This document shows, in pieces, positions 38,087 through 48,799 of a stretch of DNA of 64,000 bases (the stretch's first letter is position 1; each line of letters starts with the position of its first letter). The stretch is from Methanobacteriota archaeon (GTDB taxonomy: Archaea; Thermoplasmatota; Poseidoniia; Poseidoniales; Poseidoniaceae). The translations under genes were made by a program, and so were the position numbers. The notes below the pieces were generated by a model. That model saw nothing but the letters and a program-made list of their open reading frames with translations. It was not told where the DNA came from and did no database searches. Location of the stretch: assembly GCA_004195515.1 (NCBI GenBank), contig PSPR01000001.1, positions 14,480 through 78,479 on the forward strand, in the 5' to 3' direction.

Positions 38087-39799
38087 TCTTTCCATGAACC
38101 CATCGGCCAGACCTAGCGCCTCTAGGGCTTCATCAGCCCTACCGGCCTTATGAGCCTCAATTGCTAAGCCAATGGATTCCTCAGTCGACCGTCTTTCTTC
38201 ATCGGTTGGTTTTATCGAGGCAGTATCACATTGATTTCGTAATGAATTCCATTCGGTTTTAATGAAATCTAATAATTCTGATACCTCATCACTAGCTTTC
38301 CCTTCCGAATCCAAATCTCTTGTCATTCGGTCCAACAAGGTTGCAGCATGAGTCCATTGCTTTTGGTCGGCTTGTTCCTCAATTTCGACTAGGCGAGTAT
38401 CCCAATCACTCGCATCATCTCTTCCTGACCATTGGGTGATCAGGTGGACTTTTTGCCTCAATGCTCTTCGAACATCTTCCATCGCTTCGCGTTCGGCCAC
38501 TATCTCTCTACTCACGCCTTCTGCCAATCCTTTGGCTTGAGCGTGGTCACCAGAATCTAGGGCTTTTTGAGCCCGGTCGAGCCGCTCTTGAAGTGATGAT
38601 TTTACAATTCCATCAGCGGATTTCAATTGTCTATTCGCTTCTTTGAGCGATGCTTCTGCGATTTCACTCGCTTCGCCAGATGCGCTGATTTGATCAGGAA
38701 TTACCTTTGCATATTCGAATGCTTTTTTGGGTTGTTCAGCATTGAGTTTCTTCTTCGATTCGGTGAGCAATTCGCTCAGATTATTTTGGGCATGAGGGGA
38801 TTTTGCTATCAGTGCAGCACCTTCTCGAATAGCATCTTCGGCTTTTTGCCACCATTCAACAACTTCAGTTGCACGTTTTTTGGCTTGGCGGTACAATGAT
38901 TCACCCTCGCGTAAACTGCCTAACTCAACCTCGCGCTCAGCCATTTCGAAGGCCTTTCTCGGTCGCTTGATAATCGGTGCGATCTCTTCGGCCGTCTCAA
39001 TCGTTGCCAATGTATCTGCTCGAATCGCTTCGACATCGCCTGCTAATGATAGTGAACGTTCGATGTCCTCTTCAGCATCATCGAGTAACCTCATACCCCA
39101 TTCAGGGTCTCGGTGGCCTTCTTCTCTTGCAGTCACGACCAAACTTCCGGCTTGGTCGACCGCTGCTCCTATTGATTTGAGTTCCAACATTCGTTGTTCG
39201 ATTTGGTTTAATCGAGTGTCGAATTTTTTGCGGTTTTCTCTTTGTTCATCGTGGCCAAACCAATCTTTAGATGTTAAGTATAGACCAATAATGATGAAAA
39301 TGCTTTGGAAATACATTGTTTCAGACTTGACCAATGAACTCGCTAAAACCAATCCCAAGAACCCCATCACCGCTCTAAAACGCATGACGTCCATGTCGCC
39401 TCGAAGGATATTTCTGCTGGTTTTGAAAAGATAATATGAGACGATAACCAATAGACCTGCGCCTATTTGGTGACTTATATTTTCATTCAATGTTGAACCG
39501 GCTAAAACCAGAATTGGCAAGTATGCAATAGTTGATGCCGCGCCGATTTTCGATCTCGATTTTTCATCCATTACCGCTAGGTCCTGGACCAATACTCCCC
39601 ATGCTAATAGGATAATCGAATAGCCAATGCCGCTTAATAATGAGCCGCCGTTCATCGCTGCAGTCAATGCTGGCCAAGCCAACCAAGTTGCTGCTGAGAG
39701 GATGATTAATGCACTAGCGCTAGAGAGGTTCTCTATGTGCTTCAGCCTGAGGTTTGCCTCGGCTTCGACCGCCTTATCAAAGTCGATGAACCCGTCCAT
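38069..39799 (-). CDS. membrane protein with ~5-6 N-terminal TM segments and a long alpha-helical/coiled-coil cytoplasmic domain
   Basis: 576-aa ORF. Residues ~25-175 are hydrophobic; the rest is charged helical repeat-like sequence (E/A/K/R-rich). It starts 26 nt after the upstream surface-protein gene. Confidence 0.7.
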   Translation of the reverse strand: MDGFIDFDKAVEAEANLRLKHIENLSSASALIILSAATWLAWPALTAAMNGGSLLSGIGYSIILLAWGVLVQDLAVMDEKSRSKIGAASTIAYLPILVLAGSTLNENISHQIGAGLLVIVSYYLFKTSRNILRGDMDVMRFRAVMGFLGLVLASSLVKSETMYFQSIFIIIGLYLTSKDWFGHDEQRENRKKFDTRLNQIEQRMLELKSIGAAVDQAGSLVVTAREEGHRDPEWGMRLLDDAEEDIERSLSLAGDVEAIRADTLATIETAEEIAPIIKRPRKAFEMAEREVELGSLREGESLYRQAKKRATEVVEWWQKAEDAIREGAALIAKSPHAQNNLSELLTESKKKLNAEQPKKAFEYAKVIPDQISASGEASEIAEASLKEANRQLKSADGIVKSSLQERLDRAQKALDSGDHAQAKGLAEGVSREIVAEREAMEDVRRALRQKVHLITQWSGRDDASDWDTRLVEIEEQADQKQWTHAATLLDRMTRDLDSEGKASDEVSELLDFIKTEWNSLRNQCDTASIKPTDEERRSTEESIGLAIEAHKAGRADEALEALGLADGFMERLRRRV

Positions 39800-39825
39800 A
39801 TCTTAGCCACCTTCGCCTATGGTTA

Positions 39826-42321
39826 TCAGAACCGCGGCTGTTTGCGTTGAATCAACCAATTGATTACGAATGCTGAAATCACCGCGAGGAACATTAATTC
39901 GAGCCCGCCGATTCCAGCGCCTGAACTATATTTTGATACATGTTCGACCGTTACGGTCTCATTATTGTCATCAGGATAAGTCAATTCGATGGTGAATGTT
40001 TCAAACCAACCCAATTCAACATTGAGCGGGATGTCGGTCATCCCGGTTTGGGAGAATGAACTACCAGCTACAGAAGAATCGGTACACACGTCGATAAAAC
40101 ATATTGTGAAAGGAGTCGATGTCGCACCATTATTTTTGATTGTCACCCAGAACTGATTCTTGCCAGGACCCAAATTATCTCCCGAATATACCACCTTTGA
40201 AATTTCTAGATCTCTAGTTGTTAATGGGTTGACTCCGATGCCGACCAGAGCGCCAGCTCGGTTGCCTTCGGTATCGATTCCAACCACATTGAATAGATGA
40301 TAGCCGATATCTAAGGACGGAACTTGCCATAATTGAGCCTGTTGCCATGAGATGCCACTCGCGATAATTTCTTCTTCGAGCGAAACTTCGAATTTCACAT
40401 CTTCAATCGCATTATGATCATCGAAACTCTTCGTTAGGTTTAGCCTAAGCGAGTCACCAACCCGAATGGTGTTTACCGGCTGCCAGGTGCCGTTTACATC
40501 GGTTTCCAAACTGTGAATGATCACCGGGCCTGCCGCATCGGTTAATCGGATCGTCCAATTTCCTAATACGAAATGTCCAACGTCATCGCTAACATTTGCA
40601 GCCAACCAATATTCGACCAGCCCTCTTTCTTTATGGCGTTCACTGATATTGTCATTGATGGTATTTACACTTGAATCAACATTGAAAGAAGTTTGTAAAT
40701 AATCACCGGTATACCACCAATCTAGACTTTTATTGCTGGTCCAAAATACCCTGAGGTTTTCATCAATATCGTCGCCGACAATCAAATCCCAGTTAAATTG
40801 CCCTGGCGGGATTTCTTGAATTTCATCGCTTGCGTTTATCCATGGAGTTCCTTGGTCGAGGATATATGTGCCATTCCACCAGCCATATGCTCCGCCTTCG
40901 TCCCAACAACTCAGGTTGACACTCAGATTAGACCCTGCATCGAAGGAGGAAAGGTTGACACTTGAGTTATCGTTGAGATCACCGATATTCCAATCACAAT
41001 CATGGGTCGATAATGAGGCATCGGAAATAATTGGAATGAATTCGAAATCTTGGTCGAGCCAATCTAGAGAATAGCCAGATGGACCACTGACTACCGGTGC
41101 TTGGTTTGCAGCGATTGTAATAGTATACATCCCACTGATGGATGCTTGGTTTCTGCTCAGGTTGAAGTCCGAAGGAATACCGGAGATCCATTCGTCCAAT
41201 GGCGAAGACAAGAATTGCCAATTTCCATTGGTCTTGAAATTGAGGGTTGTCATTTGTCGAATGTCGTTATTGAATGGCACTTCGATCCTCATCAATTCTA
41301 GGTGCGAGCGGTTGAAACCGATGTTAGCGGATTCGGCCCAGCCCCATTCACCGGTTGAAAAATCGATATTAGCAGAAATTTCAACTTGGGAAAAATCAAC
41401 CTCTTTGTGATCTATCTCACAGCAGAGAGCCTCCATGCCATCCGAATAAGACATCGATTCTAGAAGTGCTTCCAATCGACTTACATCGCCCGATAAAAAT
41501 CGATCGGTTTGGCTTTCGATTCCGGCTTCAACCCCTGGGATAAATGGTAAACCTAGGCCGGTGTTGAATTTGTGCTCAACATCCCATGATGCATTCATCC
41601 TTTGGTTTGGAACCAAATCTTCCAGAAATTCAATGGTCGCGACCCCGGTGGTTTGAGTTGAGTTTATTTGTTGCCAAATCCATTCGACAGTTGGTGGCCA
41701 AATCGCTTGGCCTCGTACCAATCCATCGACAAATAGTCTTGCCGACCAACCGGCGCCATATTCGCCGACCGTAAGGTTGCCATCGGCCCATTCAACGATT
41801 TGTCCCGAACCGGTGTGGATTGCTTTTACCGTTACATTCGAGCCATTAAATTCACTCAAATTATAGGTATTGGTAGAAGTAGGAATAGAGATGATTGGTT
41901 GCGAGTTTCTCACTTCACTGCCACCATCTCCAATTACGATTACCGGGATTGAGGGTGCATCGACCGAGCCATTTTCAACTTGAATTAGCCAATCGCTACC
42001 GATCGCTTGAATCGTATGTGCACCTTCGACCGTGAACAAATCCTCAATTATCGGGTGGGCGGTCATCACCACTAGGCCTTGACTCGAGTTTACCGGTTCG
42101 TGCCACATCAACACATAGCCATCACAACTTGCATGCGGTTGGTACATCCCAGAAATAGGTGAATTCGAAACCACTCCGCTCCAAGGTTCACTAAACCAAG
42201 TTTGGCAATTTGAGATTGGATTTCCGAGGGAATCTTCAACTTCAATTGTCCAAGAATTCGCTGAATCTGCTGAAAATGACGGCACCAAAATCAGAATTGC
42301 CAGCACTATCGCCTTGCGCAT
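39826..42321 (-). CDS. cell-surface protein (~831 aa) with C-terminal TM anchor
   Basis: Signal peptide MRKAIVLAILILVPSFSADS (ATG at 42321), many N-x-S/T sequons and a CARDB-like module (QFWVTIKNNGATSTPF...). The C-terminal TM is LELMFLAVISAFVINWLI, followed by QRKQPRF. Confidence 0.8.
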   Translation of the reverse strand: MRKAIVLAILILVPSFSADSANSWTIEVEDSLGNPISNCQTWFSEPWSGVVSNSPISGMYQPHASCDGYVLMWHEPVNSSQGLVVMTAHPIIEDLFTVEGAHTIQAIGSDWLIQVENGSVDAPSIPVIVIGDGGSEVRNSQPIISIPTSTNTYNLSEFNGSNVTVKAIHTGSGQIVEWADGNLTVGEYGAGWSARLFVDGLVRGQAIWPPTVEWIWQQINSTQTTGVATIEFLEDLVPNQRMNASWDVEHKFNTGLGLPFIPGVEAGIESQTDRFLSGDVSRLEALLESMSYSDGMEALCCEIDHKEVDFSQVEISANIDFSTGEWGWAESANIGFNRSHLELMRIEVPFNNDIRQMTTLNFKTNGNWQFLSSPLDEWISGIPSDFNLSRNQASISGMYTITIAANQAPVVSGPSGYSLDWLDQDFEFIPIISDASLSTHDCDWNIGDLNDNSSVNLSSFDAGSNLSVNLSCWDEGGAYGWWNGTYILDQGTPWINASDEIQEIPPGQFNWDLIVGDDIDENLRVFWTSNKSLDWWYTGDYLQTSFNVDSSVNTINDNISERHKERGLVEYWLAANVSDDVGHFVLGNWTIRLTDAAGPVIIHSLETDVNGTWQPVNTIRVGDSLRLNLTKSFDDHNAIEDVKFEVSLEEEIIASGISWQQAQLWQVPSLDIGYHLFNVVGIDTEGNRAGALVGIGVNPLTTRDLEISKVVYSGDNLGPGKNQFWVTIKNNGATSTPFTICFIDVCTDSSVAGSSFSQTGMTDIPLNVELGWFETFTIELTYPDDNNETVTVEHVSKYSSGAGIGGLELMFLAVISAFVINWLIQRKQPRF

Positions 42322-42420
42322 ATCCCCTGAGGGTACATTCATCCCTCATCAATAAAGCGGGTTGTCGCGCCCTAATGTTCAAGTCCGTCCTTATCTCAAG
42401 CCAGTGGGAAGGGGAGCATT

Positions 42421-43371
42421 ATGCCGGGACTAATCACCATGGACGACCTAACTAACGAGGAGATTATCTCCTTGCTCGACAACGCAGAAAAGCTGCTTCC
42501 AGTAGCGCGTGGAGAATTGTATTTACCACTGCTGAAAGGAAGGATTTTGGGCAATTTATTTTTTGAGCCATCGACCCGAACTAGAATGTCTTTTGAAACC
42601 GCAATGAAGCGTTTAGGCGGCGATGTAGTCAACCTCGGAGATGTAAAAACCTCCTCGGTCGTCAAGGGTGAAACCCTTTTTGATACCATCCAAATGGTCG
42701 ACGGTTATACCGACATTATTGCGATGAGACACCCCCGCCAAGGCGCGGCTCAATACGCCTGTGATAGCGCAAAAGTGCCGATTATGAACGGCGGCGACGG
42801 CGCCGGCCACCATCCCACCCAGACAATGCTCGATCTTTTCACCATCCGCCAGGCCCATGGGACTCTTGAAGGGTTGAATGTAGTATTGGCAGGAGATTTA
42901 CGATTTGGTCGAACCGTGCACTCATTATCTCATGCGTTAACCCGGTTTGGATGTAATGTCACCTTCGCTTCTCCAGAGAGTTTGAGGATGCCCGAAGAAA
43001 TCATTGCAGATCTGCGAGCAGCAGGGGCTGAGGTCAATGAAACTACAGATTTGATCGGACAAATCTCAGAGGCTGACGTGATTTACATGACTCGAATTCA
43101 GAAAGAACGCTTCCCTGATGAAGACGAATACACCAAGGTAGCAGACTCTTACAAATTACATGCTAGAGATCTCGATGATGCCAAAGCCGAGATGATAATC
43201 ATGCATCCTCTTCCTCGGGTTGAGGAGATACATCCTTCGGTCGATTCGACTCGACACGCAAGGTATTTCGAGCAAGCCTTCAACGGAGTCGTTGCGAGAA
43301 TGTCCTTGATGTGCTGGCTGTTAGGAGTTAATGTTCCAGCCGATGTAATGTCTGAAGGAGAGGTGATTTGA
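42421..43371 (+). CDS. pyrB: aspartate carbamoyltransferase catalytic subunit
   Basis: FFEPSTRTRMSFETA, HPTQ and HPLPRV motifs; 316 aa. Confidence 0.95.
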   Translation: MPGLITMDDLTNEEIISLLDNAEKLLPVARGELYLPLLKGRILGNLFFEPSTRTRMSFETAMKRLGGDVVNLGDVKTSSVVKGETLFDTIQMVDGYTDIIAMRHPRQGAAQYACDSAKVPIMNGGDGAGHHPTQTMLDLFTIRQAHGTLEGLNVVLAGDLRFGRTVHSLSHALTRFGCNVTFASPESLRMPEEIIADLRAAGAEVNETTDLIGQISEADVIYMTRIQKERFPDEDEYTKVADSYKLHARDLDDAKAEMIIMHPLPRVEEIHPSVDSTRHARYFEQAFNGVVARMSLMCWLLGVNVPADVMSEGEVI

Positions 43372-43850
43372 TGTCAGGTCAAGAAGCTAGTATGCGTCGC
43401 GTGACCGCGATTCGGAATGGAACTGTAATCGATCATGTTCCGGCAGGAAAGGCGCTTTCAGTATTGAAAATGCTTGGGATTGATGGCGGGATGAGCAATC
43501 CGGTTTCCTTGGTAATGAATGTACCGAGCAAAAAAATGGGTGGAAAGGATATCATCAAAGTTGAGGATAGAGAATTGACCCAAACCGAGCTCGACCGACT
43601 CGCTTTGGTTGCTCCAGATGCCTCGGTTGCCATCATTCGAGCCTATTCGGTAGCCGAAAAAATGGAAATCAATCTAACCGATGAGGTTGTGAATGTTGCA
43701 CGATGTACCTTTTCAAATTGTATTACGACCAATATGATGGAACCGCTCCCTCATCGTTTGGCTGTAGTACAGAGGGATCCGCTCGAATTAAGATGCCGAT
43801 ATTGTGGTAAAACTCAAAATCTAGAAGATCTAATAGATAATATCTTTTGA
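43371..43850 (+). CDS. pyrI: aspartate carbamoyltransferase regulatory subunit
   Basis: IRNGTVIDHVPAG plus a C-terminal zinc domain (CTFSNC...CRYCG). The ATG overlaps the pyrB stop codon (TGATG). Confidence 0.9.
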   Translation: MSGQEASMRRVTAIRNGTVIDHVPAGKALSVLKMLGIDGGMSNPVSLVMNVPSKKMGGKDIIKVEDRELTQTELDRLALVAPDASVAIIRAYSVAEKMEINLTDEVVNVARCTFSNCITTNMMEPLPHRLAVVQRDPLELRCRYCGKTQNLEDLIDNIF

Positions 43851-43861
43851 TCGGTTAATTT

Positions 43862-46390
43862 TTAGATTAAATTTGCTTTTTCACAGGCTTTGATATCGAT
43901 CCAACCAGGGAACCCAAGATCGATCGGCATGCCCCCGGCTGTAATGATTAATCCAGTTGTAATCAACTGATTCAACAACGGCGGATTAACCCAATCTAAC
44001 TTTTTCCAGGCCCTTTTACCAGAAACCAATTTATCCATTCGACCTCGAACGACCCACGAATTAGCATTCCATGCGTGCTGCTTCATCAGAGCGGTTTCTA
44101 TTTGCGGAGGTGGAACCACGTTATGCGATTCCACCCAATTGTGTTCCCATTCACCTATCATGGTATCAGCCCAGATCAAGCCGGTATTCTCAACAGCCGG
44201 CATAGATATTTCTTTCTTTTCCGCCAATTGGATTGCCAATCTTCTCAAATGCGGGTGACGCGGATATTTATCCATCGTTTTCTTGACGATTTCGACTGCT
44301 TCAGCCATCTTTTTAGAATCGAGATATAGGATTGCCCTCGCGGTTTGTCCATGCGGCCAGGTTTCGATATCAACATCGTTTTTAATGATCCATTGCTCGA
44401 ATTTCTCGAGTGCTAACTGCCCTTTTCCAGCAGATCTCATCCGGGCCAAATCACCCAAAACCAACAATCTTCCAGTCGAATCATCGAGCCATTTGATCTT
44501 CGGCTCCGATTCATTATCCCTGTATCTTTTAATCAAGTCAATATTTCTCCGTGTAACCGGGTCGACTAAAAGAATCGCTTCAAATTGCGGCGGTAATTTT
44601 TTCGAAGGATCAAAAATGCTCGCCGCCCAACAAAGTCTTGCCGCTTCAAGGTCTTCGGTTGCTAATAGTTTGAGCCGGGGCATCGCTTCAGGAATATCTC
44701 TTTGAGCTAAAGACGCGGCTGCCAGTAATAAACGTGCAATTTCGGCTTTGCGACCCGCTCGCAATGCTAGGAAGGAAAGTGCGACCTGTTCGGCTTGATC
44801 CCAGCGTCCCAAGCCGGAAAGGAGTTCCATACTGGCTTCGGTTCGTTTGACCAAAGACAATCCTTCAATGCTCTCTTCTCCGTGGTCCTCGTAGAGTTTT
44901 TCCATTCTCTGCAATGCTTTAGACCATTGGTCATTGGCAACCATCGTGGTAAAATTTCGCCTTTGGCGGTAAATCAAATTCTCGATGCCTTCGAGTTTAA
45001 TCCGGTTTTCATTTGCGGTTGCATCAAATTGAATATCCGACAATTTTTGCCCGGTTCTTCTCGACATTACCCAAATAACCAAAAATACAATCTGGCCACC
45101 TGATGCTAACATCCATGTCATCTCTTCGAGTGCGTCCTTTCGAACAAATCCGCAAACCGTATTTTGCCAAGTTCCACATTGTTCTGGCTTTGGCAAAAAT
45201 TGGCTATCCCAGAATGTCATCATCGCAAGGGCGAGCAAGAGCATCGATTGTCCGGCAAATCCGGTAAAACAAAAATTCAAAACTTTGGCTTGCTGGCTTT
45301 TTTCTGATCTGAGAAGTCTTGAGTCTGCGATGTGAATTCCGCCCATGCCAGAGATATCTGCAATATCTAGGAATAGAATTCTTGCAACCTCATAGACGAA
45401 TAGAAAACCTACCAGTGCGATGTTGAGCAAGAGGAATAGCAGTAACATCGAGACCAATGGAACCCTTATTCCGGCCTCTCCAATATATGAAAACAATTCG
45501 ATAATGTAGAAGCCGAGGACCCCTCCTTCCTCCATTATGGTGGTTTGAACTGTGTATTCGGGGAGATTGAGAACTTGTTGCGAATGTTGGAACATATCTG
45601 GATTTATCAATAATAGAATCAAAGATATGACCGTATTTAGAGCGATAAATGGCATAATTACGGCATTGAAATAAACCAAATTGGATACGAATTGTTTGCG
45701 TGCTCTTGGTTTGAAAGGATAAAACGCCGAAGGCTCGCCTTTGGAAAGAGCATGAGAACTTTCTTTGAGGGCAGTCCAAGATGAACCCAATATTCTGCCA
45801 TAAGCAATGAAGCTTGGAGCGAATGCCATCGTGCCGATAATTGCAATTCTTCGGTCCCAAGATGTGCCTGCGAAAGAGAGGATGAACCAGGTGATACCTA
45901 CAGCACTAAACCAAAGAATAGTGACAACAATGCTTGTTCCCAATCTGAATGAGGAACTGCTTTGGAGCGAGGTTCTACTCGAAGCTGTCGGTTGCATTAT
46001 CTGAACAGAAAGGCTCACTCCAGCAGAGATTAACGCAGGGAATACGATGAATATCAATGCTACTCCGAGTGATATTTTGTGGTAACCTTCCGAAATCCCA
46101 AATTCGATGAACATCCATTCGATTCCAAGTAAAATAGCACCGATGAATGCCATCATGTAAATGATGATTCCATCTCTCATCCCTCTTGTTTTCAACAATT
46201 GGCTCGCTTCGGTTTTATTTGCGGTTACAGTATGAACCTCGTATCGTTTTGGCCCGGTTGGAAACGCCACTTGTAAACCAGATAGAGACCGAGGAATGAA
46301 AACATGATAGAATAAATAAGCGGTAAATGCAGATAGAGCCATCGCCAATATTGCGATAAATCCAAATTCATCAATTATCGAAAATTCCAT
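43862..46390 (-). CDS. large polytopic membrane protein with C-terminal helical-repeat (TPR-like) domain, hypothetical
   Basis: 842-aa ORF. Residues ~1-470 contain at least 10 hydrophobic segments. The C-terminal ~370 aa are soluble and helix-rich. It starts 13 nt after the thrS stop codon. Confidence 0.7.
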   Translation of the reverse strand: MEFSIIDEFGFIAILAMALSAFTAYLFYHVFIPRSLSGLQVAFPTGPKRYEVHTVTANKTEASQLLKTRGMRDGIIIYMMAFIGAILLGIEWMFIEFGISEGYHKISLGVALIFIVFPALISAGVSLSVQIMQPTASSRTSLQSSSSFRLGTSIVVTILWFSAVGITWFILSFAGTSWDRRIAIIGTMAFAPSFIAYGRILGSSWTALKESSHALSKGEPSAFYPFKPRARKQFVSNLVYFNAVIMPFIALNTVISLILLLINPDMFQHSQQVLNLPEYTVQTTIMEEGGVLGFYIIELFSYIGEAGIRVPLVSMLLLFLLLNIALVGFLFVYEVARILFLDIADISGMGGIHIADSRLLRSEKSQQAKVLNFCFTGFAGQSMLLLALAMMTFWDSQFLPKPEQCGTWQNTVCGFVRKDALEEMTWMLASGGQIVFLVIWVMSRRTGQKLSDIQFDATANENRIKLEGIENLIYRQRRNFTTMVANDQWSKALQRMEKLYEDHGEESIEGLSLVKRTEASMELLSGLGRWDQAEQVALSFLALRAGRKAEIARLLLAAASLAQRDIPEAMPRLKLLATEDLEAARLCWAASIFDPSKKLPPQFEAILLVDPVTRRNIDLIKRYRDNESEPKIKWLDDSTGRLLVLGDLARMRSAGKGQLALEKFEQWIIKNDVDIETWPHGQTARAILYLDSKKMAEAVEIVKKTMDKYPRHPHLRRLAIQLAEKKEISMPAVENTGLIWADTMIGEWEHNWVESHNVVPPPQIETALMKQHAWNANSWVVRGRMDKLVSGKRAWKKLDWVNPPLLNQLITTGLIITAGGMPIDLGFPGWIDIKACEKANLI

Positions 46391-46403
46391 CGGTTATTAT
46401 CTC

Positions 46404-48428
46404 CTATTCAGTTGGTTGAACCAATGATGGAAGCGCACACTTCTCATCGATTTCCCTAAGCAATTCGCTGATGAATTTTTCGAGAGAAACACCTGCGCTT
46501 TGGTCGCCGTTTCTAGCCCTGATCGATACGGTTTCACTTTCGACTTCATCGTCACCAATTATCAACATATATGCGGGTTGGAATTTACGATGCGTTCTAA
46601 TTTTCTTGCCAATTGTATCGTCGCCATCATCGATTTCGGCTCTGATTCCAACGGATTTGAGCCTTGAGTATACCTTGTTACCATAATCGACTTGCTTTTC
46701 CGAAATCGTGAGAATATGGACTTGGGTTGGTGCGAGCCATGTGGGGAATTTCCCAGCAAAGTGTTCGATCAAAACTCCACAAAATCTCTCCATAGACCCG
46801 AAAGGTGCACGGTGAATCATTACTGGCCGATGCATTTCTCCATCGTTGCCTTTGTATTGTAAATCAAACCTTTCCGGCAAATTATAATCGACTTGAACGG
46901 TGCCTAATTGCCATTCTCTTCCAATTACATCTTTGACGATAAAGTCGATTTTTGGACCATAAAATGCTGCTTCACCAGCTTCTTCGCTCCAGTTGATACC
47001 GAGGCTATCAGCCGCTTTTCTACAAGCTTCTTCGGCCAAATCCCATTTTGCACTCTCGCCCACATATTTGCTTGAATCCGGGTCTCTCAACCCGACTCTA
47101 ACCCTGAAGTCAGACATTCCAAGGGCTTTAAAAATCACCTCGACCAATTCGATACAACCGAGTACTTCGTCAGCGATTTGGTCTTCGGTCACGAATAGAT
47201 GTGCATCGTCTTGAGTAAATCCACGAACTCTGGTCAGTCCAGAAATTTCTCCGGATTGTTCCCAACGATATACGGTACCAAACTCGGCTAATCGTAATGG
47301 GAGATCTCGGTAGGATCTGGCTTGACTTGAATAAATCTTGATGTGATGTGGGCAATTCATGGGTTTGAGCATATAGCCCTCGATATCTCCTGCTTCCATC
47401 AAATTCGCGAGCTCTCCACAGGTGCAGCCTTCATCCGCTAATTTGATCATCATGTCTTTTTCGACCAATGGCGGATATTGTGAATCTTGATAATACGGGA
47501 AATGACCACTTTTTCGGTAAAGGTCCAATTTCCCAATATGCGGGGTGAAGACTTGGTGGTATCCCTGACGGGTAAGGTGCTCGGAAATGAAATTCTGTAA
47601 ACAAGTTCGAATTACTGCGCCTCGAGGAGTCCACAGAATCAAACCGGGACCAACATCTTCGTCGACGTGGAAAAGTTGTAGGTCTTTCCCAAGTTTTCGG
47701 TGGTCTCTTTTCTTTGCTTCTTCGATAGCAGCCATAGTCTCCTTTAATGCGTGCTTCGATGGCTCGACCAATCCATAAATTCGAGTTAATTGTTCGTTGG
47801 ATTGGTCGCCTCGCCAAAATGCCGAAGAGACCGAAGTCAATCTTACATGCATCAATTTTGCAGTAGTTGGTACGTGAGGGCCGAGGCATAGGTCGAAGAA
47901 TTCGCCTTGGCGATAGATGGTCGACCCAGCGCCATCTTCCAATTTGTCATTGATGATTTCCATCTTATACGGATTGGAAGCAAACATTTGAGATAATTCG
48001 TCCTCAGTACATTCAACCCGTTCGACTTGGTGATTTTTTCGGGCGATTTCGTGCATTTTTTTCTGGACTGGCTTTAGATCGGATTCGCTAAAACCATCGA
48101 GGTTTGCAAAATCATAGTAAAACCCTCTATCGACCGCAGGACCGATGGTCGGTTTGGCATCGGGGTACAATTCTACCACGGCTTGAGCCAAAAGGTGAGC
48201 CGCTGAGTGGCGCAAGATGTGTATGCCTTCATCGGTGAAGGCGGAAATGGGGATTAAAGTGCAATCGGATGTCAAGATTGTTGAAAAATCAACCTCTATT
48301 CCATCAACATCAGCAGCGACGCAGTCATGCTTTCTCCCCTCAATATCGATTGTGATTTCACCAGCGGTTACCCCCCTGGCATATTCTTCGATAGAACCGT
48401 CGGGCAGGGTGATAGATATCATCGACAT
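46404..48428 (-). CDS. thrS: threonine--tRNA ligase
   Basis: TGS-like N-terminus (ISITLPDGSIEEY), HSAAHLLAQAV, class-II core RVRGFTQDDAHLF and HRAPFGSMERF. I chose the start at the ATG at 48428; the track start at 48470 adds 14 unlikely residues. Confidence 0.92.
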   Translation of the reverse strand: MSMISITLPDGSIEEYARGVTAGEITIDIEGRKHDCVAADVDGIEVDFSTILTSDCTLIPISAFTDEGIHILRHSAAHLLAQAVVELYPDAKPTIGPAVDRGFYYDFANLDGFSESDLKPVQKKMHEIARKNHQVERVECTEDELSQMFASNPYKMEIINDKLEDGAGSTIYRQGEFFDLCLGPHVPTTAKLMHVRLTSVSSAFWRGDQSNEQLTRIYGLVEPSKHALKETMAAIEEAKKRDHRKLGKDLQLFHVDEDVGPGLILWTPRGAVIRTCLQNFISEHLTRQGYHQVFTPHIGKLDLYRKSGHFPYYQDSQYPPLVEKDMMIKLADEGCTCGELANLMEAGDIEGYMLKPMNCPHHIKIYSSQARSYRDLPLRLAEFGTVYRWEQSGEISGLTRVRGFTQDDAHLFVTEDQIADEVLGCIELVEVIFKALGMSDFRVRVGLRDPDSSKYVGESAKWDLAEEACRKAADSLGINWSEEAGEAAFYGPKIDFIVKDVIGREWQLGTVQVDYNLPERFDLQYKGNDGEMHRPVMIHRAPFGSMERFCGVLIEHFAGKFPTWLAPTQVHILTISEKQVDYGNKVYSRLKSVGIRAEIDDGDDTIGKKIRTHRKFQPAYMLIIGDDEVESETVSIRARNGDQSAGVSLEKFISELLREIDEKCALPSLVQPTE

Positions 48429-48473
48429 CAAACTCTCTCCGACCCCTACGGGGGCGCTTCTCCATTTCAATGC

Positions 48474-48734
48474 TCACCATTGAACATCGAAATCATCGCC
48501 TTCTTTGGACGAAGGTTTGTCGACGACCTCGACTTCTTTTTTCTCGGCAGTTTCGGTCTTTTTTGAGGGCAAAACAATCGATTTTCGATTTTCGACAATG
48601 TTGCGCTGTCCTCGAAAAGCCGGTTTATCATGGACTTTCACTTCTTTCTTAGGTTCAGCCTTTGCAACTTCTTCTTTTTCCACGCTTTTTTCCCATGCTC
48701 CCTCAAAACTCAGGTCGTCGGCTTTGCGCTTCAT
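48474..48734 (-). CDS. small lysine/glutamate-rich protein ending in ..GDDFDVQW, hypothetical
   Basis: 86-aa low-complexity charged ORF immediately upstream of thrS on the same strand. Without it the region would be an unusually long gap for this compact locus. Confidence 0.45.
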   Translation of the reverse strand: MKRKADDLSFEGAWEKSVEKEEVAKAEPKKEVKVHDKPAFRGQRNIVENRKSIVLPSKKTETAEKKEVEVVDKPSSKEGDDFDVQW

Positions 48735-48799
48735 AAAAAATCCACAATATATCTCCTACTTAGACGGTTTGATGTATAACAATCACTACCATCGCCCTG

